This document shows, piece after piece, positions 41,609 through 51,670 of a stretch of 64,000 bases of DNA; the first letter of the stretch is position 1, and the number at the start of each line of letters is the position of its first letter. The DNA is taken from assembly GCA_041738615.1 (NCBI GenBank), contig JBGSPL010000002.1:10654-74653 (forward strand), read 5' to 3'. The position numbers and the translations under genes were made by a program. This DNA comes from Patescibacteria group bacterium (lineage in GTDB: Bacteria > Patescibacteriota > CPR2 > UBA1875 > CAIMLA01). The notes beneath the pieces are model-generated. The model did no database searches and had not been told where the DNA came from. It saw nothing but the letters and a program-made list of their open reading frames with translations.

Positions 41609-41720
41609 TATACTGATAAGGGCCTCAGTCTAGGGGCCCTAGTTAGTACATTAAGTAAAAACGGATAGGAAACAGAGACAGGAAGACTACAAAGCCTTCT
41701 TACCCTGGCTCCTATCCACA

Positions 41721-41761
41721 ACGACCCGCCTACGCCTAACGGCTACGGACGGGCAGGAAGG
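41721..41761 (+). repeat. Palindromic leader element upstream of pnp
   Basis: ACGACCCGCCTACGC-CTAACG-GCTACGGACGGGCAGGAAGG; near-copy at 46615-46656. Confidence 0.8.
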
Positions 41762-41767
41762 AGCAAT

Positions 41768-43876
41768 ATGAGCTCAAAGAACAAAGTTTCGACATTCGAA
41801 ACTGATTTTAACGGGACAAAGATGTCTTTTGAAGTAGGCAAGATGGGCCTGCTCGCCGATGGCGCCGTAGTAGTTCGCTACAACGACTCTGTCGTACTTG
41901 CCACCGTGGTGGTTGCGAAGAAAGCCAAGGTAGGACAGAGTTTCTTTCCTCTATCGGTAGAGTTCCAAGATAAATGGTACGCAACCGGTAAGATTAGCGG
42001 TTCCCGTTTTATTAAACGTGAGGGGCGTCCTTCAGAGCTAGCAATGCTACGTTCTCGTATGATTGACCGTCCTATCCGTCCAATGTTTCCAAAAGGATAC
42101 CTAAACGAAGTACAGATTATCGTCTCTCCTTTGTCGCTTGATCTTACGATTGATCCTGCAGTTCTTGGCCTAAATGCTGCTTCGGCAGCCCTGATGCTGA
42201 CAGGTGCTCCATTTGAGGGGCCGCTCGGTGCAGTACGTATTGGACAAGTAGATGGCAAGTTCATCATTAATCCTACTAAGGAAGAGGAGGAAGCGAGTGA
42301 GCTTGATCTTCTTGTTGCCGGTTCTGCGGAAGCAATTACGATGATCGAGGGCGGCGCACAACAGATCCCTGAAGATAGAATTGTAGAAGCCCTGGAGCTT
42401 GCACACAAAGCCATGCAACCTGCAATCCAGGTACAGAAAGAGATGCTGAAGGCGCTAGACGTGAGGGCAAAAGAATTTTCTTTGCAGCTTCCAGACGAAG
42501 ATGCTTACAAAGCAGTTTCTGATTACTTGTCTACAAAACTGGGTGAGGCTATCCGTCACAGTGACAAGATTGCTCGAAATCTGATTCTTTCGGACCTTGA
42601 GGACGAGGTTCAGGTAGAGTTCGACGAAAAATACGAAGACGCTGATATCACTGAATCATTCGAGAAGGTTATCAAATCCGAGGTACGTCGCTCGGTCCTT
42701 ATGGACGGAATTCGTCCAGACCACAGGGCGATGGACCAGGTTCGCGATCTTTCGGCCGAAGTTGGCATATTGCCACGGACCCACGGTAGTGGACTTTTCC
42801 AACGCGGACAAACACAAATCCTTTCTATTGTTACCCTGGCTTCACCTTCGAAGGCACAGCTAGTGGAGAGCATGGACCAGGAATTCAGCAAGCGATATAT
42901 GCATCACTACATCGATACGCCAGCTAGCTACGGCGACACAGGCCGTATTGGCGCAGGGCGCAGAGCCATCGGGCACGGCTTCTTGGCGGAGAAATCTCTA
43001 GAAGCAGTGCTTCCAGATGAGAAAGACTTCCCATACACTATCCGTGTAGCCTCGGAGATCCTAAGCTGTAATGGTTCCAGTTCCATGGGTTCAGTCTGCG
43101 GTTCATCCCTCGCTCTTATGGACGCAGGCGTTCCTCTAAAGGCCTCTGTCGCTGGTATCGCTATGGGTCTTATGACGACAGAAGGTGATCTATCGAAGAA
43201 GTACGAAATCCTGACAGACATTCAGGGTGCTGAGGACTTCGCCGGCGATATGGACTTCAAACTAGCAGGTACTCGTGCTGGTGTCACCGCAGTTCAAATG
43301 GACATTAAGGTAAAGGGTCTTACCATTGAATTTCTAAAGGAAGTAATCAGACGCGGTACAGTTGCAAAAGCTGAGATACTCGACGTGATGGATGCGGCAA
43401 TCAAGGTGCCAAGTGCCGAACTTTCCAAGTACGCACCACGTCTTACCTCTTTCCAGATTGCTCCAGAGAAAATTCGTGAAGTCATCGGTAAGGGTGGCGA
43501 GGTGATCAACAAGATTATCGCTGAAACTGGAGTAGAAATTGACATCGATGATGACGGAACTGTTGTAGTTGCCGCTGTTGATGGCGAAGCCGCTGACAAG
43601 GCCGTCGCCTGGATTCAGTCCATAGTTGCGGAGCCAGAAGTAGGTAAAATCTATGATGGTCGAGTAGTGAAACTGATGGACTTTGGCGCATTCGTCGAGT
43701 TTATGCCTGGCAAAGAAGGCTTGGTACACGTTTCACAGATCAGTAATGACCGCGTAGAGAAGGTCTCTGACGTTCTGAAGGAAGGTCAGGAAGTACGCGT
43801 AAAGCTTACAGAAATCGACTCCCAAGGACGTAAAAACCTGTCGATGAAGGCAGCACTACCAAAAGATAGCAAATAG
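41768..43876 (+). CDS. pnp: Polyribonucleotide nucleotidyltransferase
   Basis: IKREGRP, NGSSSMGSVC, GDMDFK, KH and S1 domains. Confidence 0.98.
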   Translation: MSSKNKVSTFETDFNGTKMSFEVGKMGLLADGAVVVRYNDSVVLATVVVAKKAKVGQSFFPLSVEFQDKWYATGKISGSRFIKREGRPSELAMLRSRMIDRPIRPMFPKGYLNEVQIIVSPLSLDLTIDPAVLGLNAASAALMLTGAPFEGPLGAVRIGQVDGKFIINPTKEEEEASELDLLVAGSAEAITMIEGGAQQIPEDRIVEALELAHKAMQPAIQVQKEMLKALDVRAKEFSLQLPDEDAYKAVSDYLSTKLGEAIRHSDKIARNLILSDLEDEVQVEFDEKYEDADITESFEKVIKSEVRRSVLMDGIRPDHRAMDQVRDLSAEVGILPRTHGSGLFQRGQTQILSIVTLASPSKAQLVESMDQEFSKRYMHHYIDTPASYGDTGRIGAGRRAIGHGFLAEKSLEAVLPDEKDFPYTIRVASEILSCNGSSSMGSVCGSSLALMDAGVPLKASVAGIAMGLMTTEGDLSKKYEILTDIQGAEDFAGDMDFKLAGTRAGVTAVQMDIKVKGLTIEFLKEVIRRGTVAKAEILDVMDAAIKVPSAELSKYAPRLTSFQIAPEKIREVIGKGGEVINKIIAETGVEIDIDDDGTVVVAAVDGEAADKAVAWIQSIVAEPEVGKIYDGRVVKLMDFGAFVEFMPGKEGLVHVSQISNDRVEKVSDVLKEGQEVRVKLTEIDSQGRKNLSMKAALPKDSK

Positions 43877-43884
43877 TATCAAGG

Positions 43885-43910
43885 AAAAGAGGCCAAACGG
43901 CCTCTTTTTT
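43885..43910 (+). terminator. Terminator after pnp
   Basis: AAAAGAGGCC-AAAC-GGCCTCTTTTTT. Confidence 0.85.
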
Positions 43911-43941
43911 GTTAGAATATATGCAAAATAAGGAGAATAAT

Positions 43942-44619
43942 ATGAGCGCTATTCAAGATGGTTCTAGCAGCCCAGAAGCAGCCGAGATGGGTACAGAGCG
44001 TAATGGTCAAGAGGGTGACAGGTTCAAACCGGAAGAGCTTGAAGAAATCGGAAAAATCGTAGACCAGCTATACGACGAGAATGATAATTTGCTTCCGGAG
44101 GGAACTCTGGCGGAAATGAAGCCCAACCCCCTTAATGAGCTCGTGAATAATCACTGTGACTATGACTGGGCATACAGAATCGGCGCAAAACGGGACGAAA
44201 TGCTTCGATATATCGACGAACAGAAGAAAGCCCCGGGAGTCACGGAAGCTAATCCGAGCAGTGAGGGCACTCCGGAAACTGAGCTTAAGAGGCATAATAT
44301 TCGCATTCCGCTTCAAAAGAATTACCCTGTTGAAGCAATAACCTCCGAGTCTAAGATCATGTTTGTGCGCGATGACGGGATAAAGAGTGGTCTCCGCATA
44401 GAATTGTATAGCCTAGAAACTGGTGCCAAAATCAAAGAAGTTCCCTTCGAAGAAGGCGTAAATTTGATAGAGGCCGCGGATATTCCGACCATTACTGTAG
44501 AAACGGGCAAGATATCACCAGGCGCTAAGTCGGTAGACGTGTCTATCTATCAAGAAAATGTAGACGTAAAAGCTTTGAACGAAAGGAAGACCAAGGCTGC
44601 TCTCTCCCTAGCCGCCTAG
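43942..44619 (+). CDS. Hypothetical acidic protein
   Basis: AGGAG RBS; 225-aa ORF with no recognised motif. Confidence 0.7.
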   Translation: MSAIQDGSSSPEAAEMGTERNGQEGDRFKPEELEEIGKIVDQLYDENDNLLPEGTLAEMKPNPLNELVNNHCDYDWAYRIGAKRDEMLRYIDEQKKAPGVTEANPSSEGTPETELKRHNIRIPLQKNYPVEAITSESKIMFVRDDGIKSGLRIELYSLETGAKIKEVPFEEGVNLIEAADIPTITVETGKISPGAKSVDVSIYQENVDVKALNERKTKAALSLAA

Positions 44620-44652
44620 CAGCGCTGTAGCAAAACAGTGAATCCCGTGGCC

Positions 44653-45378
44653 TTATTTTTGTATCATTACTATGTTCGCAAAGCGCCCTGTTTTCTTCCC
44701 GTCGGCGCGGTAAGAGAAAAAGATATCGTTATTGCAGGAGGTACATATCCCGGATTCTTCGATATTCTCTGGTTTAACGCCAGACTCTAATAATTGCGCT
44801 TTGATTAAGCTTGGCAAATCCATATCATAGCAGCATGGGTAAATGCATGGGCCTATACTGACAACAAGATTCTCGGTACAAGTGCCATAGATATCGTGCA
44901 TCTCTTCTGTTGTTTTGATAACTATTTCTGATTCTGTTCCCTTCCGCCCTGCATGGGCAATGCCTATGGCATGGTTTACGGGGTCATAAAGAGAAACCGC
45001 TGCACAATCTGCAGTTTGAATCAGTAGGGGAACCTTTGGCACATTAGTTATCAGTGAATCAGTGTCTGTGAAGGCATCCTGTAGAGATCTAGAGCCCTTA
45101 CCAGCGCTTTTCTCCGTAACCGCCTCTACTTGAGCGCCGTGCACTTGCTCGCCACAGGTAAGGGTATCTGCGTCAATGGAGAGTGCCTTGCATAGTAATT
45201 TACGGTTTTCGAGTACTGCATTCTCGTTATCATCTACATGGAAGGCAATGTTTAAGCTGCTATAGCTTCCTTGGCTTATGCCGCCCAGCCGCGACGAAGC
45301 AATATTTAGCATCTCAGGGTATTCAGCAAAAGCATCAAAGGAATATGTGGATATATTGTCGTTTGTGGTCGGTTTCAT
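44653..45378 (-). CDS. pgeF: PgeF/YfiH (laccase-domain) purine nucleoside phosphorylase-like protein
   Basis: EQVHG, TADC, AHAGRKG, CTSC..FFSYR. Confidence 0.92.
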   Translation of the reverse strand: MKPTTNDNISTYSFDAFAEYPEMLNIASSRLGGISQGSYSSLNIAFHVDDNENAVLENRKLLCKALSIDADTLTCGEQVHGAQVEAVTEKSAGKGSRSLQDAFTDTDSLITNVPKVPLLIQTADCAAVSLYDPVNHAIGIAHAGRKGTESEIVIKTTEEMHDIYGTCTENLVVSIGPCIYPCCYDMDLPSLIKAQLLESGVKPENIEESGICTSCNNDIFFSYRADGKKTGRFANIVMIQK

Positions 45379-45392
45379 ACTATAATATTAGC

Positions 45393-45887
45393 ATGAAGAT
45401 GGCAGTGATGGCGGATATCCACGGTAATATGGCGTATCTTGAGCGTGCAAAGAAGATAATTGACGGAGAGAAACTCGAGATTGTGATAGTCTGCGGAGAC
45501 GTGCAGGACATAGAGGCGCTGCAGGAGCTAGATACATGGGAGCAAAAGGTGTATATCGCGCTAGGAAATGCGGACTACGAGATACGCCACAAGCTAGATG
45601 CAGGGCTGATTTGGACGGAAAGGGTAGAGATATTCCTGGACTATGGGGTGCTCAACATCGGGGGCACTAAGCTAGCTTTTTGTCATTATCCGAAGTTTGC
45701 TCGGAAACTGGCCGAGGGCGGTAGGTTTGACGTCGTGTTTTACGGTCACAACCACAAACCATGGGAAGAAAAGGTGGGCCGCACGGTGATGCTTAACCCG
45801 GGCGAGATTCAGGCCAGGGATGGCAAGCCAACATTCGCAATATATGACCTAGTTGCGATGAAGGCTGAGCTTAGGCTGCTAGTATAA
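45393..45887 (+). CDS. YfcE-like metallophosphoesterase
   Basis: ADIHGN, CGD, GNAD, YGHNH, LNPG. Confidence 0.9.
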   Translation: MKMAVMADIHGNMAYLERAKKIIDGEKLEIVIVCGDVQDIEALQELDTWEQKVYIALGNADYEIRHKLDAGLIWTERVEIFLDYGVLNIGGTKLAFCHYPKFARKLAEGGRFDVVFYGHNHKPWEEKVGRTVMLNPGEIQARDGKPTFAIYDLVAMKAELRLLV

Positions 45888-45985
45888 CCATTGACATTTA
45901 GCCGATTATTTGCTAGAATATACGCAACGTAGTAGAACTCTCTCAATAGCCATTAACCAACGAAAAGGATTTTTGCGTCCGACGC

Positions 45986-46585
45986 ATGCAGATTACTGAC
46001 GAACAGATTGATAGTGCTCAAAGTATAGCTGAGATCGCAGAGCTGGTTAGTAATTGCCAGAGATGTTCTTTATACGAGACGAAAACCATGGATGTGGTTG
46101 GCGTAGGATCAGATGCCGCTGAGATATTCTTTATAGGCGAAGCTCCTGGTAAGAAGGAGGATCTCGAAGGAGAGCCCTTTATCGGAGCGGCTGGTAAGTT
46201 TTTGAACGAGCTTCTATCTACCATAGGATTGGAGCGAAAAGACATATATATCGCAAACGTGCTGAAGCACCGCCCACCGAACAACCGTGATCCCAAACCT
46301 AGCGAGGCAGAGATATGCTGGCCATATCTGAGACGTCAAATAGAGCTCATCAACCCTACGTTGATTATCTTTCTTGGACGCCATGCAATGAACAGATTCT
46401 TTCCGGAGCTTAAAATTTCGGAGGCCCATGGGAATGAATTTACCAAGCAAATGTGGGGCAGAGACCAGACTTTCCTTGCGCTCTACCACCCAGCAGCAGC
46501 AATGTACAACGGCTCACTGCGAGAGACGCTAAAGGGCGACTTCGCGCGGATACCAGAAATAATCAAAACTATTAAAACCAACTAA
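45986..46585 (+). CDS. Uracil-DNA glycosylase family 4
   Basis: CQRC, IGEAPG, RPPNNRDP, YHPAA; TTGACA-17-TAGAAT promoter at 45891-45919. Confidence 0.93.
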   Translation: MQITDEQIDSAQSIAEIAELVSNCQRCSLYETKTMDVVGVGSDAAEIFFIGEAPGKKEDLEGEPFIGAAGKFLNELLSTIGLERKDIYIANVLKHRPPNNRDPKPSEAEICWPYLRRQIELINPTLIIFLGRHAMNRFFPELKISEAHGNEFTKQMWGRDQTFLALYHPAAAMYNGSLRETLKGDFARIPEIIKTIKTN

Positions 46586-46614
46586 ATTATGCCGTGCATA
46601 TTGTCACGGGATAG

Positions 46615-46656
46615 ACGACCCGCCTACGCTTAATGTGCTATGGACGGGCAGAAAGG
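46615..46656 (+). repeat. Palindromic leader element upstream of rnj
   Basis: ACGACCCGCCTACGC-TTAATGT-GCTATGGACGGGCAGAAAGG. Confidence 0.8.
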
Positions 46657-46672
46657 TACTAGAAAACCAAAT

Positions 46673-48478
46673 ATGGAAAAAGTACAAAAGAAACCAGAAA
46701 AGAAGCAGCGTCGGCAGAACAAACCATTTAACGACAATGCATTAAAGAACAAAAATATTCGCACGAACAGTGACCCTGTTCAGCAGTCTTCGCATACAAA
46801 GGATCCGAAGAAGGGGCTCCTCAAGATTACTCCACTGGGTGGTCTTGGCGAAGTCGGCAAGAATCTCACCATATATGAATACGAGAACGACATCATCATC
46901 GTCGATATGGGATTCAAGTTCCCAGATAGCGAGATGCTTGGTATCGACTATATCATCCCAGATATCGCTTATCTCGAAGACAAGAAAGATAAGATTCGTG
47001 GAATCTTCATTACCCATGGCCACGAGGATCACATCGGCGCAATCCCATTCATTTGGCCGAAACTCGGCTGTCCGATCTATGGGACCAAGCTGACTATCGG
47101 CATGATCGAGGCTAAGCTCTCTGAGTACAGCTTTGACACCGGTGGAGTCCTGAAGGTGATTGATCCCGAGAAGGATGTCCTTCGCATGGGCGCCTTTGAG
47201 GTAGAGGCTTTCAGAGTAACGCATTCCATCCCAGACGCTGTCGGCTATGGAGTAAAGACGCCACTGGGACGAATTATATACACGGGTGACTTTAAGATAG
47301 ATCACTCACCGCTTGACGATAAATTTATCGATTGGGACAAGCTAGCTCGTTTCAGTAACGAAGGGGTACTGTTATTAATGTCTGACAGTACAAACGCCGA
47401 GCAGCCAGGATTCTCGATGAGTGAGAAGAAGCTCGAAAAGTGTTTCGAAGACATGTTCGATAATGCTAAGGGGCGCGTAATTGTGGCTTCTTTTGCTTCA
47501 CAGATTAATCGTATACAGATGGTGGTAGACTCTGCTCGTGACCATGGTCGCAAGCTTGCCTTTGCAGGGCGTTCGATGCTCAAAAACGTTGAAATTGCAG
47601 TAAGGCTCGGATATCTAAAGGTGCCTGCCGGCATGATTGTCAGAATCCAGGAAATTGACAAGTTTCCAGATCACATGGTCACGGTAATGGCTACCGGTTC
47701 CCAGGGACAGGCGATGTCGGCTCTTGGAAGAATGGCAAGTGGTTCACACAAGAACATTCGCATCAAACCAAGCGACACCGTGATTTTCTCTAGTTCTCCG
47801 ATACCAGGGAATGAGCGTGAAGTTGTAGCGGTGATGGACGATCTCTTTCGTCAGGGCGCAAATGTGCTCTTTGATGCAGAAAAAAGTCGCACTCACGTTA
47901 CTGGTCACCCTTGTCGTGAGGAGCTGAAGATGATGATCGCCATGATTCGGCCAAAGTACTTTGCGCCCTTCCACGGTGAAAGACACATGCTCGTACGCCA
48001 TGCTGAGATAGCCAAGGAGCTTGGTATCCAGGACCAGAATATCTTTATTCTAGACAACGGCGAACAAATCTTGATTGATGCAAACAGGGCTAGAAAGTCA
48101 GAGAACAAGGTCGCTAACGGAATTATCCTCATCGACGGCCTCGGTATCGGTGATGTCGGTGAAATCGTTCTTCGCGAACGAAAATCGATGTCGACAGAAG
48201 GCATCTTTGTTGTCATCTGCACGCTCGATCGTAAGACAGGTAAGATGATGACTAGCCCAGATATCATTTCTCGCGGGTTCATCTATATGCGTGAGAACGA
48301 GAAACTCGTCAGTAGTGCTAGGGCGGAAATTAAGAGAACCGTAGAAGTCCTGGGTAAAGAGGGCTCCGGCCAGAACTACCAAAACCTAAAAGTGCGTTTG
48401 CGTGATGGGATCAGTGAACTTTTGTACAATGAGACACAGCGTCGACCACTGGTATTGCCAGTAGTTATTGAAGTCTAA
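46673..48478 (+). CDS. rnj: Ribonuclease J
   Basis: PLGGLGEVGKN, THGHEDHIG, HVTGH, RRPLVLPVVIEV. Confidence 0.96.
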   Translation: MEKVQKKPEKKQRRQNKPFNDNALKNKNIRTNSDPVQQSSHTKDPKKGLLKITPLGGLGEVGKNLTIYEYENDIIIVDMGFKFPDSEMLGIDYIIPDIAYLEDKKDKIRGIFITHGHEDHIGAIPFIWPKLGCPIYGTKLTIGMIEAKLSEYSFDTGGVLKVIDPEKDVLRMGAFEVEAFRVTHSIPDAVGYGVKTPLGRIIYTGDFKIDHSPLDDKFIDWDKLARFSNEGVLLLMSDSTNAEQPGFSMSEKKLEKCFEDMFDNAKGRVIVASFASQINRIQMVVDSARDHGRKLAFAGRSMLKNVEIAVRLGYLKVPAGMIVRIQEIDKFPDHMVTVMATGSQGQAMSALGRMASGSHKNIRIKPSDTVIFSSSPIPGNEREVVAVMDDLFRQGANVLFDAEKSRTHVTGHPCREELKMMIAMIRPKYFAPFHGERHMLVRHAEIAKELGIQDQNIFILDNGEQILIDANRARKSENKVANGIILIDGLGIGDVGEIVLRERKSMSTEGIFVVICTLDRKTGKMMTSPDIISRGFIYMRENEKLVSSARAEIKRTVEVLGKEGSGQNYQNLKVRLRDGISELLYNETQRRPLVLPVVIEV

Positions 48479-48480
48479 TG

Positions 48481-48508
48481 AAATGCCCACATTGTGGGCA
48501 TTTTTTAT
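48481..48508 (+). terminator. Terminator after rnj
   Basis: AAATGCCCAC-ATT-GTGGGCATTTTTT. Confidence 0.85.
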
Positions 48509-48573
48509 TCCAGAACACTATGTTTATCGTAAGGGGCGTTTGTGCTATAATCAGGAAGAATAAGTAGGTGAAA

Positions 48574-50691
48574 ATGGCTCGACATCGCAAACCAGGTCGC
48601 CCGAAGGGCTCCAAGAACAAATCAGCAGCAGGTAGCGGGTCCCCAATCCTAACAGGAGTGGATCCGATAGTTCGAAATCAGATAATCGCGGTTCTTCTTT
48701 TCGTTTTAGCATTTGTCATTCTCGTTAGTTCCTTCGGTTTTGGAGGGCCTCTGGGGATTGTTATTAGTAAATACCTTCGGGTAGGGATCGGTTGGACTAT
48801 CTTTGTTCTACCACTGATACTTGCTGGGGTCGCCTACTCACTTTTCAACCCAGAGGACTATGAGATTACAACGGCTACAATAATCGGTTTGTTTCTGGCC
48901 ACTATTTCCTTTTCCGGGGTATTCCATATCTTTGTTAATGTTTCAAATGCGGGAGCGCTCGCTGCCGCGGGTAGCAATGGTGGTTACGTTGGTTTTTATC
49001 TTCAGAAGCTTTTGCTGATGGTTTTCAACGCGCCAGTCTCTTTCGTTTTACTAATTGCAACGTCCACCATCGGGATGCTTCTGGCAACGAATACTCCATT
49101 TACTGGTATCAGCAATGTCTTCAAAAAGAAGGACGAGGAAGAATCAGCGCCAAAAAACGACATAAAGATACACGAAACCGCGCCTGCTTCCAGGGCTCCA
49201 CTGGTTGATCCAAGAAAGGCCGCACTGAAAGATCATTCCGAACAGGCGGTAATGTCCACGGTAGATACCTCAGGTTGGAAACTGCCCCCGCTAAATCTGT
49301 TTGAAGAGATGACAACCCGGGCAGACAGTGGGAATGTGCGCGAGAATGCTGCCACGATTCAAAAAACCCTTTCCAATTTTGGCATAGAGGTCAGCATGAG
49401 CGACGTCAATGTCGGGCCTACGGTGACGCAATATACTCTGAAACCCAACGACGGGGTGAAATTAGAGAAGATTACTAGCCTCGACAAAAACCTGGCACTA
49501 TCGCTAGCGGCGCATCCTATCCGTATCGAGGCCCCGATACCAGGAAAGAGCCTTGTAGGCGTGGAAATGCCAAACAAGTCAGCGCAGATTGTACGCATGC
49601 GGAATATCCTCGCCTCTCAGACTTTCAAAGACCGTAAGTCCAAACTTTCTATCGTGCTCGGGCTCGATGTTGCCGGACACCCTCAGATTGCAGACATTAC
49701 CAAAATGCCTCATCTGTTAATCGCGGGGTCCACCGGGTCGGGTAAATCGGTTTGCATCAACGCGCTACTTCTGAGTCTTATTTACCAGAATACGCCACAA
49801 GACCTGAAGCTGATTCTAGTCGATCCGAAACGAGTAGAGCTGACGCTTTACAACGGGATCGCTCACTTACTCACTCCTGTGATTGTGGATCCAGATAAAA
49901 CTGTTTCAGCACTAAAATGGGCGGTAGCAGAGATGGAGAGACGTTACCATGTGCTTTCGCAAGCAGGAAAAAGGAATATTACTGAGTACAACCAGGCCAA
50001 AACCAAGGAGGCAATGCCCTTTATTGTCATCGTTATTGATGAGCTTGCCGACCTGATGGCAGTCTCTGCAAACGAGGTGGAGGGTCTTATCTGTCGCCTT
50101 GCGCAGATGGCGCGCGCTGTCGGGATGCACCTCGTCGTTGCCACGCAGAGGCCTTCGGTAGACGTTATAACGGGTCTTATCAAGGCCAACATTCCTACTC
50201 GTATTGCTTTCTCTGTGGCTTCAAACACAGACTCCAGAACCATTTTGGATCAAAGCGGTGCCGAGAAATTACTGGGGATGGGAGACATGCTCTTCCTTTC
50301 TGCCGAGCTTTCCAAGCCGCGTCGCATTCAGGGTGCCTATGTTTCAGAACAGGAGGTCAAGGAGGTCACTGAGTTCGTGAAAACGCAGGCAGAACCAGAT
50401 TACAACGAGGAAATATTGATGCAAAACGCCAAAGCTTCACACGGTGGGGACATGGCTGATATAGACGATGACCTCTTTTATGATGCGGCAGAGACTGTGA
50501 TCCGTGCCGGCAAGGCGTCCGCGTCCTTACTTCAGAGACGACTGCGCATCGGTTATGCACGAGCAGCTCGTCTGCTAGACATCCTGGAAGACAGAGGGGT
50601 TGTGGGCCCACAAGACGGAGCAAGACCTCGAGACGTGCTAGTAGATGATATGAACGATATTACTGGAGAGGGAGATGGGGGCGATTATTAA
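48574..50691 (+). CDS. ftsK: DNA translocase FtsK/SpoIIIE
   Basis: N-terminal TMs, HLLIAGSTGSGKS, gamma domain ASASLLQRRLRIGYARAARL. Confidence 0.97.
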   Translation: MARHRKPGRPKGSKNKSAAGSGSPILTGVDPIVRNQIIAVLLFVLAFVILVSSFGFGGPLGIVISKYLRVGIGWTIFVLPLILAGVAYSLFNPEDYEITTATIIGLFLATISFSGVFHIFVNVSNAGALAAAGSNGGYVGFYLQKLLLMVFNAPVSFVLLIATSTIGMLLATNTPFTGISNVFKKKDEEESAPKNDIKIHETAPASRAPLVDPRKAALKDHSEQAVMSTVDTSGWKLPPLNLFEEMTTRADSGNVRENAATIQKTLSNFGIEVSMSDVNVGPTVTQYTLKPNDGVKLEKITSLDKNLALSLAAHPIRIEAPIPGKSLVGVEMPNKSAQIVRMRNILASQTFKDRKSKLSIVLGLDVAGHPQIADITKMPHLLIAGSTGSGKSVCINALLLSLIYQNTPQDLKLILVDPKRVELTLYNGIAHLLTPVIVDPDKTVSALKWAVAEMERRYHVLSQAGKRNITEYNQAKTKEAMPFIVIVIDELADLMAVSANEVEGLICRLAQMARAVGMHLVVATQRPSVDVITGLIKANIPTRIAFSVASNTDSRTILDQSGAEKLLGMGDMLFLSAELSKPRRIQGAYVSEQEVKEVTEFVKTQAEPDYNEEILMQNAKASHGGDMADIDDDLFYDAAETVIRAGKASASLLQRRLRIGYARAARLLDILEDRGVVGPQDGARPRDVLVDDMNDITGEGDGGDY

Positions 50692-51662
50692 TGGCAGCGG
50701 CCGTAAAATTTACACGTAAGACTCTCCCTCAGAAGGAAGGCTTAGGGGAGAAGTTAGCAAAAAAGCGAATCTCCCAAGGGCTAGACCTCAAAGATATTGA
50801 GAAAGCGATCCGAATCCGTTGGAAGTACGTAGAAGCGATAGAGAACGGCAGATATGACATCTTACCGCCTGATGTTTATGTTCGTGGCTTTGTCCGAACT
50901 TATGCTACTTTTTTGCAGCTAGACCCGGATAAGGTAATGAAGCTATACGAGCGCGAAAGAGGACTTATCGAGAACGTACGCAAGGCCAAGGCAGGAGCTC
51001 CAGTTGTAAAACCTATAGAAGCGCCAAGGGTGGTGATTACCCCAAAGACCTTAACGGTAGGAAGCATAGTATTTGCCAGCCTGCTGATACTTCTATACAT
51101 TGGATGGCAGGTTGGAATCCTTACCGCGCCACCCAAGTTAAGCGTCACAACGCCGAAGGACAACATCAACATCGCTAGTAGTACGACGACTGTAGAAGGT
51201 ACGACCGACAACGGGGCCACGGTTACGATAAACGATGTTGGTGTGGGGATAGACCAGGAAGGTAGGTTCAAGGAAAAGATTAGTTTACAGAATGGCGTGA
51301 ACATTATTCATATCAAGGCCCAAAACAAACTGGGGAAAAATACACAGCAGACGCGAACAGTGGTCGCTCAAACAACAACGGCTGCCGTAGCGGCAACCAA
51401 CGGAGAGGTAGAAGTCAGATTGGTTGTGGGTCCACGTTCGGCCTCGCTTTTTGTAGAAGTTGATGGGAAGAAGCTTACTGAAAAACCAACGGTCGTCGTA
51501 TCGGGGGTAAGCCAGGTTTACAAAGCAGTAAACAGTGTAAAGATTACAACGACGGATGGCGGCACAGTCCAGGCTACCTATAATGGTCAAAGTGTCGGTC
51601 CACTAGGTAAAGATAACGAAACAGTCAGCCGAGAATTTATTAAAGGTATGAAAATACAGTAG
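50691..51662 (+). CDS. rodZ: RodZ-like HTH / TM / Ig-like / DUF4115 protein
   Basis: YVEAIENG..PPDVYVRGF HTH, single TM; follows ftsK. Confidence 0.82.
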   Translation: MAAAVKFTRKTLPQKEGLGEKLAKKRISQGLDLKDIEKAIRIRWKYVEAIENGRYDILPPDVYVRGFVRTYATFLQLDPDKVMKLYERERGLIENVRKAKAGAPVVKPIEAPRVVITPKTLTVGSIVFASLLILLYIGWQVGILTAPPKLSVTTPKDNINIASSTTTVEGTTDNGATVTINDVGVGIDQEGRFKEKISLQNGVNIIHIKAQNKLGKNTQQTRTVVAQTTTAAVAATNGEVEVRLVVGPRSASLFVEVDGKKLTEKPTVVVSGVSQVYKAVNSVKITTTDGGTVQATYNGQSVGPLGKDNETVSREFIKGMKIQ

Positions 51663-51670
51663 GAGAAGCC

